The position numbers and the translations under genes were made by a program. A stretch of 41,997 nucleotides of DNA from Bigelowiella natans CCMP2755 (lineage: Eukaryota; Protista; Cercozoa). The notes below the pieces were generated by a model. It did not search any database, was not told the origin of the DNA, and saw only the letters and a list, made by a program, of their open reading frames with translations. Within the stretch, counting starts at the first letter, position 1. The number at the start of each line of letters is the position of its first letter. This document shows positions 34,235-41,997 of this stretch, piece by piece. The stretch spans positions 1 to 41,997 of the forward strand of contig ADNK01003537.1 in assembly GCA_000320545.1 (NCBI GenBank), in the 5' to 3' direction.

Positions 34235-34855
34235 TTACCTTGTATCCTGAGGAGTTTGATACCGCTTGTCAATCGTTCCTTTCTTCGTAAGTTTTGTCAC
34301 ACCCAAAGTCAGGGTCAAGACCTTATTCTTCTTGCTTTTCTCATCACAGGTCTTGTCTGTAGACTTATTCTTCTTGCTTTTCTTATCACAGGTCTTGTCT
34401 GTAGACTTGGGGAGACCACCCAATATTTTGCTTTTATCAACTGGGGTAGGCACTTTGTATTGCTCTGCGAACTGCTCTCTGAGGTTGTCGTAGTAAGGGT
34501 CTGCTGGAGGCGGTCCAACACCATTAAGCAGGTCTCGTATTTGTTGTGGATTTGTATACATATGTGCGACATCTCGCATATATTTGAGTAGTTTCTTGTT
34601 TCCCTTGTCCTTTTCCAGTGCCGAAACGATTATGGAGATATTAGCATTCCAATCATCACTACCAATTTTGAATGCTTCCTCATTTTCATCCATTAGGATT
34701 TCATTAAAATCGCTCAACCATTTTACTCGCTTTTCCAAGTATTTCTCGTAATGTTTAAATCCAGGTTTTTCTACTGGAGCAGAATTCCACAATTCGTCCC
34801 AAGACCCGAGTCTCTGACTTTGAGCAAGTAGTTTTGATAGTGGTGTTTCCGCCAT
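34235..34855 (-). CDS. Hypothetical protein, 206 aa, with a 14-aa tandem duplication
   Basis: KSTDKTCDxKSKKN x2 (42-bp repeat, 34323-34406); C-terminal LTKKGTIDKRY. Confidence 0.65.
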   Translation of the reverse strand: MAETPLSKLLAQSQRLGSWDELWNSAPVEKPGFKHYEKYLEKRVKWLSDFNEILMDENEEAFKIGSDDWNANISIIVSALEKDKGNKKLLKYMRDVAHMYTNPQQIRDLLNGVGPPPADPYYDNLREQFAEQYKVPTPVDKSKILGGLPKSTDKTCDKKSKKNKSTDKTCDEKSKKNKVLTLTLGVTKLTKKGTIDKRYQTPQDTR

Positions 34856-35035
34856 TGTAAGGAGTGTCGCCTTTTTTGGTGAAAATAATTAAATTGTAGG
34901 GCATTTTGAGAACATTTTTGCCCCTTGTGGAAATAATAAGAGTATTTTGGAATTGCAGGGGGTTTATAATCGTGCAACACCACAAAATGAAACGGTGTAA
35001 CACGAAAATAACTTTTCTGGCTCTTCCCAATGGGA

Positions 35036-35150
35036 GGGGTAGTGCTTTTTGGCTATTTATAGTGTTAGGGGTAGTGCTTTTTGGCTATTTATAGTGTTAG
35101 GGTAGTGCTTTTTGGCTATTTATAGTGTAGGGGTACTACAATTTTTGCTA
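35036..35150 (+). repeat. About 3.5 tandem copies of a ~31-bp unit GGGGTAGTGCTTTTTGGCTATTTATAGTGTTA
   Basis: Direct reading of the sequence. Confidence 0.9.
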
Positions 35151-35203
35151 TTTTTGGAGTTTTAGATTATGTGAATTTACCGAAGCTAAAAGGTCAATCT
35201 CAA

Positions 35204-35330
35204 TGCGAGTGCAGATTTAAAATCTGCACTCGCACTCAAGTGCAGATTTTTGAAACCGACTCGAGTTCCATAAATAGAATTTTTCTGCACTCGAGTTCCA
35301 TAAATAGAATTTAATCTGCACTCGAGAGCA
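35204..35330. repeat. Perfect palindrome with 15-bp arms followed by 30-bp-period direct repeats
   Basis: TGCGAGTGCAGATTT-a-AAATCTGCACTCGCA (35204-35234); ACTCGAGTTCCATAAATAGAATTT at 35259 and 35289. Confidence 0.9.
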
Positions 35331-36333
35331 GAATTACCAAAATCCTATTAATAGCACCCCTTGGTATTCACCAAAGGCGATTTGTTTTTCCCCTGCTTGT
35401 CGCCTTGTCTTACTATCCTCTCGTTTTCCCCAAATCGTTTACGAGGGCATTTATTTATTTTTTGGTCACAATTTCTTGTCGCAGGGTAAGAAATTGGTTG
35501 TCGCACTTTCCTAATCTCAAATACTATGGATGTGAGATTTTCTACAGTGTATCAGAGAGTCTCTGGTTCTCTAAAAAGAAATGCCCTCACTTCTAGGAAT
35601 TTTCTACGAATCATAATTTAAAATTTCGCAGGTGTGAATACCCACATCAACTCCCATCTCTCTACTTGTCTCCAGTTCCTTCCTAATCAGTCACAAAGCT
35701 ATGTTTCTCAAAACTGTAACTTAAGATTGAAAACTAACAATATCAAAGTTCTTTATGAAACATAAACCTATGGTCCTACCTAAAAAAATAGCAAATAATA
35801 AATAATAAATAAAATAGATGCTATTAGATAAAAAGCCAAATGCAAATACAAGTCACGAAAATACATTACCTACTGACCTACTAAGACTCAAAATCAGCAG
35901 TTTTTAGCTTTCATAGCACAATACAACTGAAATATTCAAAACACACAGAAATAAAAATATTTTCTTCAGATATTTAGAAGGTAAAATGAGAAGGTAGAAG
36001 AGAAATTAGAAGTAAAAATGAGAAAACAGAACATTTGCTGGAAAAATACAACTGAGTTATCAACTGTGGACATTAGCAAGTTGTAAAAAATAGAAAAATA
36101 ACTTTTAGTAGTGTTTCAGTTGGAAAGCTGAGAACTGAAAAATATTTGCTTGTAAATATAGATGTGTTTGTATGTAGCTGTAGCTACTACGACCTATTAA
36201 CACTTCGCATCTCAGTGTGGAATACAATTTAGTTTTGGTTTCTTCTTCCCACCCCAACATTTATCATAACACTACACTGTTCAAAGGGTTGAAAACACAA
36301 ATCACAGCAATTAAACAATACATATATGAATGC

Positions 36334-36343
36334 TATTTAAAGA
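36334..36343 (+). promoter_or_regulatory. TATTTAAAGA putative early promoter motif (representative of 7 copies)
   Basis: Also at 18002 (variant), 18888, 32713 (minus), 36633, 38196 and 38630; each 22-29 nt before an ATG. Confidence 0.7.
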
Positions 36344-36367
36344 TATATTAATATATATATCATATTA

Positions 36368-36604
36368 ATGAGCAATAAAAATACTATAGCGAAAACAGAC
36401 ATGTTCCGCCACCAAAAACTTTATTATCGTCGCAATAAGGACAAATTAAACAAAAGGCGAGTATTAGCAAACTATAAACATAAATATGACGGCATTATTG
36501 ATACTCAAGAGAAACTTGAGAAGTTTAGAAAGCACAAAAAAATATACTTACAATTAAAACTGCTTGACAAAGAGTTGCTGACTGCCTTTAGTAACTTGTT
36601 ATAA
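36368..36604 (+). CDS. Small basic hypothetical protein, 78 aa
   Basis: QKLYYRRNKDKLN basic helix; promoter motif upstream. Confidence 0.7.
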   Translation: MSNKNTIAKTDMFRHQKLYYRRNKDKLNKRRVLANYKHKYDGIIDTQEKLEKFRKHKKIYLQLKLLDKELLTAFSNLL

Positions 36605-36667
36605 GATTATTAAGGTTAGAAATAATCGTTATTATTTAAAGATAAAAATATATAATATAATATATAT

Positions 36668-38191
36668 ATGGATAATATTAATCCTGCTATTCTGGACTAT
36701 GCGAACAGCATCAGTGTGCTTAATGAGAAACCTGTCATCACTGTTGATTACAGATTTTTTACCGATGTGTTGCCTACTTACAGCGACGAATGTTGGGCAA
36801 AACTATTTTATGATTTGAACAAAGATGCTTACATATACAATCAGGAACATAAGATTTGGTTCTTCTACGATGAGAACAACATTGTGAAGTCCTACAAAAA
36901 GGAAGCACCAGTCTTTCTAAACAACCAAATTTCCACATGCTTACAGCATGTCCTAAAAACAGAGTTTGCTAAGATTGGAAAGGATAAGAAATACAAAGCA
37001 GAATACTTAAAGAATTTTAGAAAGGTGGGAAGCAATGCCTTTAGTAAGAACATCATCGCAAAACTAATGAAATACTACAACGATGAGGATGTATTGAACA
37101 AAATAGATAAAAATAAGAACCTATTAGCATTCAAAGATTGTGTGTATGACCTTGAAACAAAGAATTATAGAGATATAGAAAAGAAAGACTTCATTTCTAA
37201 TCACATCAAATTCAAACTTAAACCCAGAAGATCAATTAAACAAGAGGTGAGAAAGGACATATTGGATTTCATTTTCGGCATACAGGAAACACAACAAGAT
37301 GCTCTGTTTCTGCTAAAATTATTAGCAAACAGTCTCTTTTACAATAAGTTTGGATTGCTAATTATGTTTTTAGGAAGTGGTGGGAATGGGAAAGGTGTCT
37401 TAACTGCTCTTCATCAAGTAGCAACTTCCAAATATTGTAACATAGTTTCTTCTCAGTTCCTAACAACGAAATACAAAGCGAATGCCCCTAATAGTGATTT
37501 ATATAAATGTATGGATAAGCGATTGGTTGTTGTTAATGAACCTGAAGAAAATGAAGGCGATAAAGAACTATCTTTCAATGTAAGTTTTCTCAAAAAAATT
37601 ACCGATAATGATACAGTTAGTTGTAGAGAGATGTATGATACCCCTGTGGAATTCCTTGCTGATTTTAGCATCTTCTGCTTATGTAATAATGCTCCGAAAT
37701 TAGATAGTGTAGATGATAGCATTAAACGAAGGTTCTTAAACATCCAATTCCCTTTTCAATTCAAAGAAAAACCTGACCCTAAGAACAAATATGAAAAGAA
37801 AAGAGATTACACTCTCAAAGATAAGTTCAGAAACAACAAAGAATATCGTAGAGAATACATCAAACTATTGTTAGAACATGTAGATATGGAGAAATTAAAC
37901 CCTCCCGAAAAGGTATTAAAATTCACAAACGATTATTTAAACGATAACAATCACACCTTAAATTTCATTGAAGAGAATTACGATGTTACTGATGATGTTA
38001 GAGATAGAATTTTATACAACGATATTTATAAACACTTTAAAAGTTGGTCTCCGGTTTACATATCTAAAAGCAACTTCAAAAAGCAAATGTTAGCAAACAA
38101 ATTTCTTTTTGGTAAAGTGAGAGGAAGGTTCTACTTTAAGAAATTAATAAAGAAAGAAGATGATGAAGAAGAGGTAGATATAAATGTATAG
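36668..38191 (+). CDS. D5-like superfamily 3 helicase (no obvious primase domain)
   Basis: D5_N-like NLLAFKDCVYDL; Walker A GSGGNGKG; Walker B VVVNE; motif C LCNN; SIKRRF arginine finger. Confidence 0.92.
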   Translation: MDNINPAILDYANSISVLNEKPVITVDYRFFTDVLPTYSDECWAKLFYDLNKDAYIYNQEHKIWFFYDENNIVKSYKKEAPVFLNNQISTCLQHVLKTEFAKIGKDKKYKAEYLKNFRKVGSNAFSKNIIAKLMKYYNDEDVLNKIDKNKNLLAFKDCVYDLETKNYRDIEKKDFISNHIKFKLKPRRSIKQEVRKDILDFIFGIQETQQDALFLLKLLANSLFYNKFGLLIMFLGSGGNGKGVLTALHQVATSKYCNIVSSQFLTTKYKANAPNSDLYKCMDKRLVVVNEPEENEGDKELSFNVSFLKKITDNDTVSCREMYDTPVEFLADFSIFCLCNNAPKLDSVDDSIKRRFLNIQFPFQFKEKPDPKNKYEKKRDYTLKDKFRNNKEYRREYIKLLLEHVDMEKLNPPEKVLKFTNDYLNDNNHTLNFIEENYDVTDDVRDRILYNDIYKHFKSWSPVYISKSNFKKQMLANKFLFGKVRGRFYFKKLIKKEDDEEEVDINV

Positions 38192-38230
38192 TATATATTT
38201 AAAGATTTATCTCTTATATATATATAATAT

Positions 38231-38617
38231 ATGAGTAATAGAGTTAGATTAAAGTTTCAAGCATATGATAATAAATCCAAGGAAAGAAAACAAAATATAA
38301 AGAAAAGGAATAAATTCCTATACACAAGAAGGTATGACTTCAAAAAGGAAGGTAAAAAGTATCTCCCTGATGCTACTACAGCAAATGAAATCATCGCGAG
38401 GAAAATAAACAAACTGAAAAACAGAGGGAAAATAAACGATAATACTGAAATCCAAGTCGTTTATATCTTACAATACAACATACCAATATCAGGAAGAATA
38501 ACAACACTCGGTGATGGTGTTCACTATCCAAGCAATAGACAGGAAGGGTTCGGTAGCATAGACCTTCATAGGGACGATTTTTTAATACAGTCCGTTCTAA
38601 TTAATTATTTCAAATAA
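38231..38617 (+). CDS. Hypothetical protein, 128 aa
   Basis: ORF between helicase and polymerase with its own TATTTAAAGA motif. Confidence 0.7.
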   Translation: MSNRVRLKFQAYDNKSKERKQNIKKRNKFLYTRRYDFKKEGKKYLPDATTANEIIARKINKLKNRGKINDNTEIQVVYILQYNIPISGRITTLGDGVHYPSNRQEGFGSIDLHRDDFLIQSVLINYFK

Positions 38618-38668
38618 TATACGAAAAAGTATTTAAAGAAATACTCTTTCATATATATATTAATATAT

Positions 38669-39860
38669 ATGTTGCCGAAAAGAAAGAAATACAGATGTGC
38701 TACCAATTACAACCGAAAAACCTTTGGTGTCTACCATTACAACAGAGATGAGAAAGAATACCATTTAACTGTAGATGGTGAGAACATCCTACGAAGCAAA
38801 ACACTGGAAGGGTATAATTTATATGTTCTTAAACCATCAAAGAACAGCAATGTGATTGAAGAATATGGAAAGAAAATGAACGATTTTCATCAGTTTAAAG
38901 CAATCACAGGTTATGACTACAAACGAAGCAACTACGATGATACAGAGATGAGTTTATACATTTGGAATCAGTTTAGACCACAGGAGGTAGAGTTTGGAAA
39001 GACTACAGAAATGGAAGAAGAATGGGTATATAAAGCAAGTAGAGGTGGAATACGATATAGTGTGGATGGAGAATATCAAAACAAAGACTATATCAAATTG
39101 GATTTGAATAAAAAATACACATCCGTGCTATGTAGCAATTATTTCACTATTCCTTTAGGGACACCTATGACAAGAACCATAACACAGGAACAAGTTGATA
39201 AGTATTACAAATTCAATTATGGTTTATACAACATAGAAATAAGCAAAGATGATGATGTATTTTTTAAATACAACAAACATAATATTTATACTCATCTTGA
39301 ACTAAAACAAGCAAAAGAATTAGGATTGAAATTGAACCTATTGGACACCAATTATCTGTATTACAAAGAGAAATTAAAGTCCATAAAACTATTTGGTAAA
39401 TTCTTTCACAGATTATTACCTCATTCAAAATCTCAAGATTTAGTAAAACTAATAATGAATAAACTGTGGGGTATTTTTCAAACCAAGTTGAGAAGAAAGG
39501 TCAACACAAAGCAAGTGATAGAAATTGATGACCGAGAAAGTAATGAAACCCCTACATACAAAATAGGACCTGATGGATATACGATATTGTCCTTGACTAA
39601 ATTTTGAAGAAGAAAAGAAGTATTTTAAATACTATGCCTGTAGAATAGCACCATTTCTTACCTCTTATGTGAGAACCTATATGGTTGGTTTGATAAATGA
39701 ATACAAAGACGATGTTATTTATTCTCATACCGATAGTTTAGTGATAGCAAGAAGCAAAGCAATACATTTTGAAATTAGTGATGAACTTGGGAAATGGAAA
39801 GAGGAGGAACTTCCTAAACACTTCAAAGTGGAGAAAAGTATGCTTGTACAAATGAATTAA
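38669..39860 (+). CDS. Divergent family-B (protein-primed type) DNA polymerase, split by a +1 frameshift at ~39602-39607
   Basis: RGG, motif A LDLNKKYTS and motif B KLIMNKLWG in the first frame; RIAPFLTSYVR, motif C YSHTDS and ELGKWKEE in the +1 frame. Confidence 0.85.
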
Positions 39861-39948
39861 TCATTATTGAAAAAAATATTATAATTATTACTCAATAAAT
39901 ATAATGTTTTTTCTTTTCAAATAAATTATATAGTATATTATAATAAAT

Positions 39949-40278
39949 ATGAGTTTTGCGAACTATTTAAATGTTGATAGGACCACCAAGGCAGTAGAGT
40001 TTAATGTCGGCAATGTTGACTTTGATTTAGATGATATTGAATGTGATAAAATTAAAGTAAATAACCAATTAATAGCACCTGAAATCACAAGTCTACAAAA
40101 TGAAGTAGGTGAGATAAAGAGCGAGATAAATGCGATAAAGAACGATATTATATCGTTCAAAGCGGATGTGCTGGATACGATAAATCAAATACTACAAGCA
40201 CTACAGATAGACCATACAAACAAGAGCATAACGACCGCTTATGATTTAAAGGTCACAGGCAACTTAGAGCAGGGATAA
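39949..40278 (+). CDS. Coiled-coil, fibre-like protein, 109 aa
   Basis: Heptad repeats; C-terminal LKVTGNLEQG resembles the end of the next ORF. Confidence 0.7.
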   Translation: MSFANYLNVDRTTKAVEFNVGNVDFDLDDIECDKIKVNNQLIAPEITSLQNEVGEIKSEINAIKNDIISFKADVLDTINQILQALQIDHTNKSITTAYDLKVTGNLEQG

Positions 40279-40317
40279 AATCTTTAAAAATAATTATTTT
40301 CTAAACTATGTTATATA

Positions 40318-40929
40318 ATGTCCGTATCTTCTACCGCACATTTTAGAAATACCGTATTAATAGATGGAGAACTCACAGGTTTAACCATCACAAGGATTGA
40401 TACAGAGAAGACCGCTGTGTTAAATTCTTTAAATGCTCACATAACAACTTATAATGACAGCGAGACTGCTAATGCTACAGCAAGAGCAGGATTACAAACA
40501 CAGATAGATGATGCTAATACTGCTACTACACAAGCAATTACCAATTTACAGCAAGAAATTGATGACAATAAAAATGACATTGAAGGCAAACTCGCTACTG
40601 AAACCAGTGCGAGATTATCTTTAGAAAATGCTCACAATACAAGAAGTAACTATGTGGATGGTGAGATTTCCAGATTAGATGGATTACATACAAACGATAG
40701 TGCCAGATTAGATGCCGTTGAAGCAGCACAAGCAACTGTTAATACTGACATTGAAGCAAAAATTCAGGAGAGAATTGACCAACACAATGCTGATTTAGAT
40801 AATACACTTCCTCGTTTAGCAAAATTAGAAGAGTATTTAGAAATTGATGAAACCGACCCTTCTAATCCAGTTGTGAGAATCAAGGCAGGAGTTCAATTTG
40901 AAGTATCAGGAAATTTCATTCAAAGTTAA
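40318..40929 (+). CDS. Coiled-coil, fibre-like protein, 203 aa
   Basis: Heptads ETANATARAGLQTQID, ETSARLSLE; ends FEVSGNFIQS; TCTA motif upstream. Confidence 0.75.
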   Translation: MSVSSTAHFRNTVLIDGELTGLTITRIDTEKTAVLNSLNAHITTYNDSETANATARAGLQTQIDDANTATTQAITNLQQEIDDNKNDIEGKLATETSARLSLENAHNTRSNYVDGEISRLDGLHTNDSARLDAVEAAQATVNTDIEAKIQERIDQHNADLDNTLPRLAKLEEYLEIDETDPSNPVVRIKAGVQFEVSGNFIQS

Positions 40930-41065
40930 ATTTAATTATGTGTATTTATATATTTATTCTAATATTGATATTCAACCCTTTCAACACCCTTGAAGGTGTT
41001 GAAAATGAAATCTGGAATAAATATATATTTAATATTTTTTTATCTAAACTATATTAAATATATAT

Positions 41066-41932
41066 ATGAGTGCAGCAAATTATTTTACACGATTAAGTGA
41101 TGGTAGATTGATAATGGATGTAAACAACGACGGAATATTAGAAGCAAAAGGAATTCAGGTTCAAGACACGATTAGGGTGAAAAACATAATAGTTGAAGAT
41201 AATATCAAATCTGCTTCAATTACCTTAAATAATCAAAACTTTACAACAAACAATAACAACATTTCAGCAGGAATAGATGGTATAACAACTACGATGAATG
41301 ACAGAATAGACTTTAGCAAGAACATTCAGTTGAATGCTGGTAAGACTATCACAGGAGATACTGCGAATTTCACAAGTATTAACCTGGATGGTAATAATCT
41401 TGCGACCCAACTCACAAAGATAAGTGAGAATACCACCAACATTGCTAATAATACGACCAAAATCAACGAGAACTTGGTTCAAAGAATTTCCAATGATAAT
41501 GATATTATAAGTAACTCTAATAGAATAACACAAAATACTAATAGGATAGTTAGCAACGAGAGTTTAATAAACGGACATACTGTTTCTATTCAGTCCAATA
41601 GCACAAGAACAAACACGAATACAAGCAATATCACTTCCAATACTAACCGAATATCTACGAATGAAAGTGGGATAAACACCATCAAAACTGATGTAGCAAC
41701 AAACACAACTAACATAAATACTAATACCACTACTATAAGCAATAATACAACCAATATTGGTAGCAATACAACCAATATTAATAATATAGGTACGAAAATA
41801 GACCATTTCACTATCAATCCTACCAACATTAATATCACAAACAAGGACTTTCTTGTGAATGAATTACCAACAGGTTCCAACTACAGGGACTACGAACATC
41901 CAGTTGAAAACAAATGGGGATGTCATTTCTAA
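41066..41932 (+). CDS. Asn/Thr/Ile-rich trimeric coiled-coil fibre-like protein; the 3' end is probably frameshifted
   Basis: IxxNTxx heptads (ITSNTNRISTNESGI..ISNNTTNIGSNTTNI); TCTA motif upstream. Confidence 0.75.
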   Translation: MSAANYFTRLSDGRLIMDVNNDGILEAKGIQVQDTIRVKNIIVEDNIKSASITLNNQNFTTNNNNISAGIDGITTTMNDRIDFSKNIQLNAGKTITGDTANFTSINLDGNNLATQLTKISENTTNIANNTTKINENLVQRISNDNDIISNSNRITQNTNRIVSNESLINGHTVSIQSNSTRTNTNTSNITSNTNRISTNESGINTIKTDVATNTTNINTNTTTISNNTTNIGSNTTNINNIGTKIDHFTINPTNINITNKDFLVNELPTGSNYRDYEHPVENKWGCHF

Positions 41933-41997
41933 AAATTACAGAGTGATATATAATTAATACCATAATCTCACACCCAGAGCATAAATGTTGAAACTAT

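Larger units (their letters stand above)
17550..41997. mobile_element. Endogenous virophage (integrated provirophage); left boundary approximate (~17540-17640), right end beyond the window
   Basis: Abrupt switch to AT-rich, intronless, gene-dense DNA encoding MCP, penton, packaging ATPase, cysteine protease, rve integrase, SF3 helicase and PolB. Confidence 0.92.

Noticed and set aside
35036-35330. Possible CRISPR-like or MIMIVIRE-like array
   Set aside because: Repeats are directly tandem with no unique spacers, and no cas-like genes are present.
39597-39607. UGA readthrough or an alternative genetic code in PolB
   Set aside because: The downstream motifs are in a different frame, so readthrough would not join them.
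17550-41997. Classification as Polinton/Maverick or bacteriophage
   Set aside because: The ~600-aa MCP, penton and ATPase look virophage-type, and giant-virus-like promoters and hairpins are present. No Shine-Dalgarno pattern or phage head/tail genes are evident.

Overview
This is a eukaryotic (protist-like) chromosome end. Bases 1 to ~17.5 kb are host sequence: degenerate CCCTAA telomere units, intron-rich minus-strand genes (an HtrA/DegP protease and a TPR protein), microsatellites, and two sharply bounded islands almost devoid of TpA. From ~17.55 kb to the window end lies an AT-rich, intronless, gene-dense endogenous virophage whose right end is not in the window. It encodes the four virophage core genes (major capsid, penton, packaging ATPase, cysteine protease). 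It also encodes an rve integrase, an SF3/D5 helicase, a divergent family-B polymerase, RNR small subunit, a class-3 lipase, a Zn-repeat HNH protein, fibre-like proteins and a Kelch ORF. Notable signals: a TpA->TpG/CpA hypermutation signature in host DNA; two separate promoter motifs (TATTTAAAGA and TCT[A/C]) plus hairpin terminators; frameshifts at slippery-looking sites in the ATPase and polymerase; and a repeat- and palindrome-rich non-coding region. All assignments come from motifs read by eye; no searches were run.
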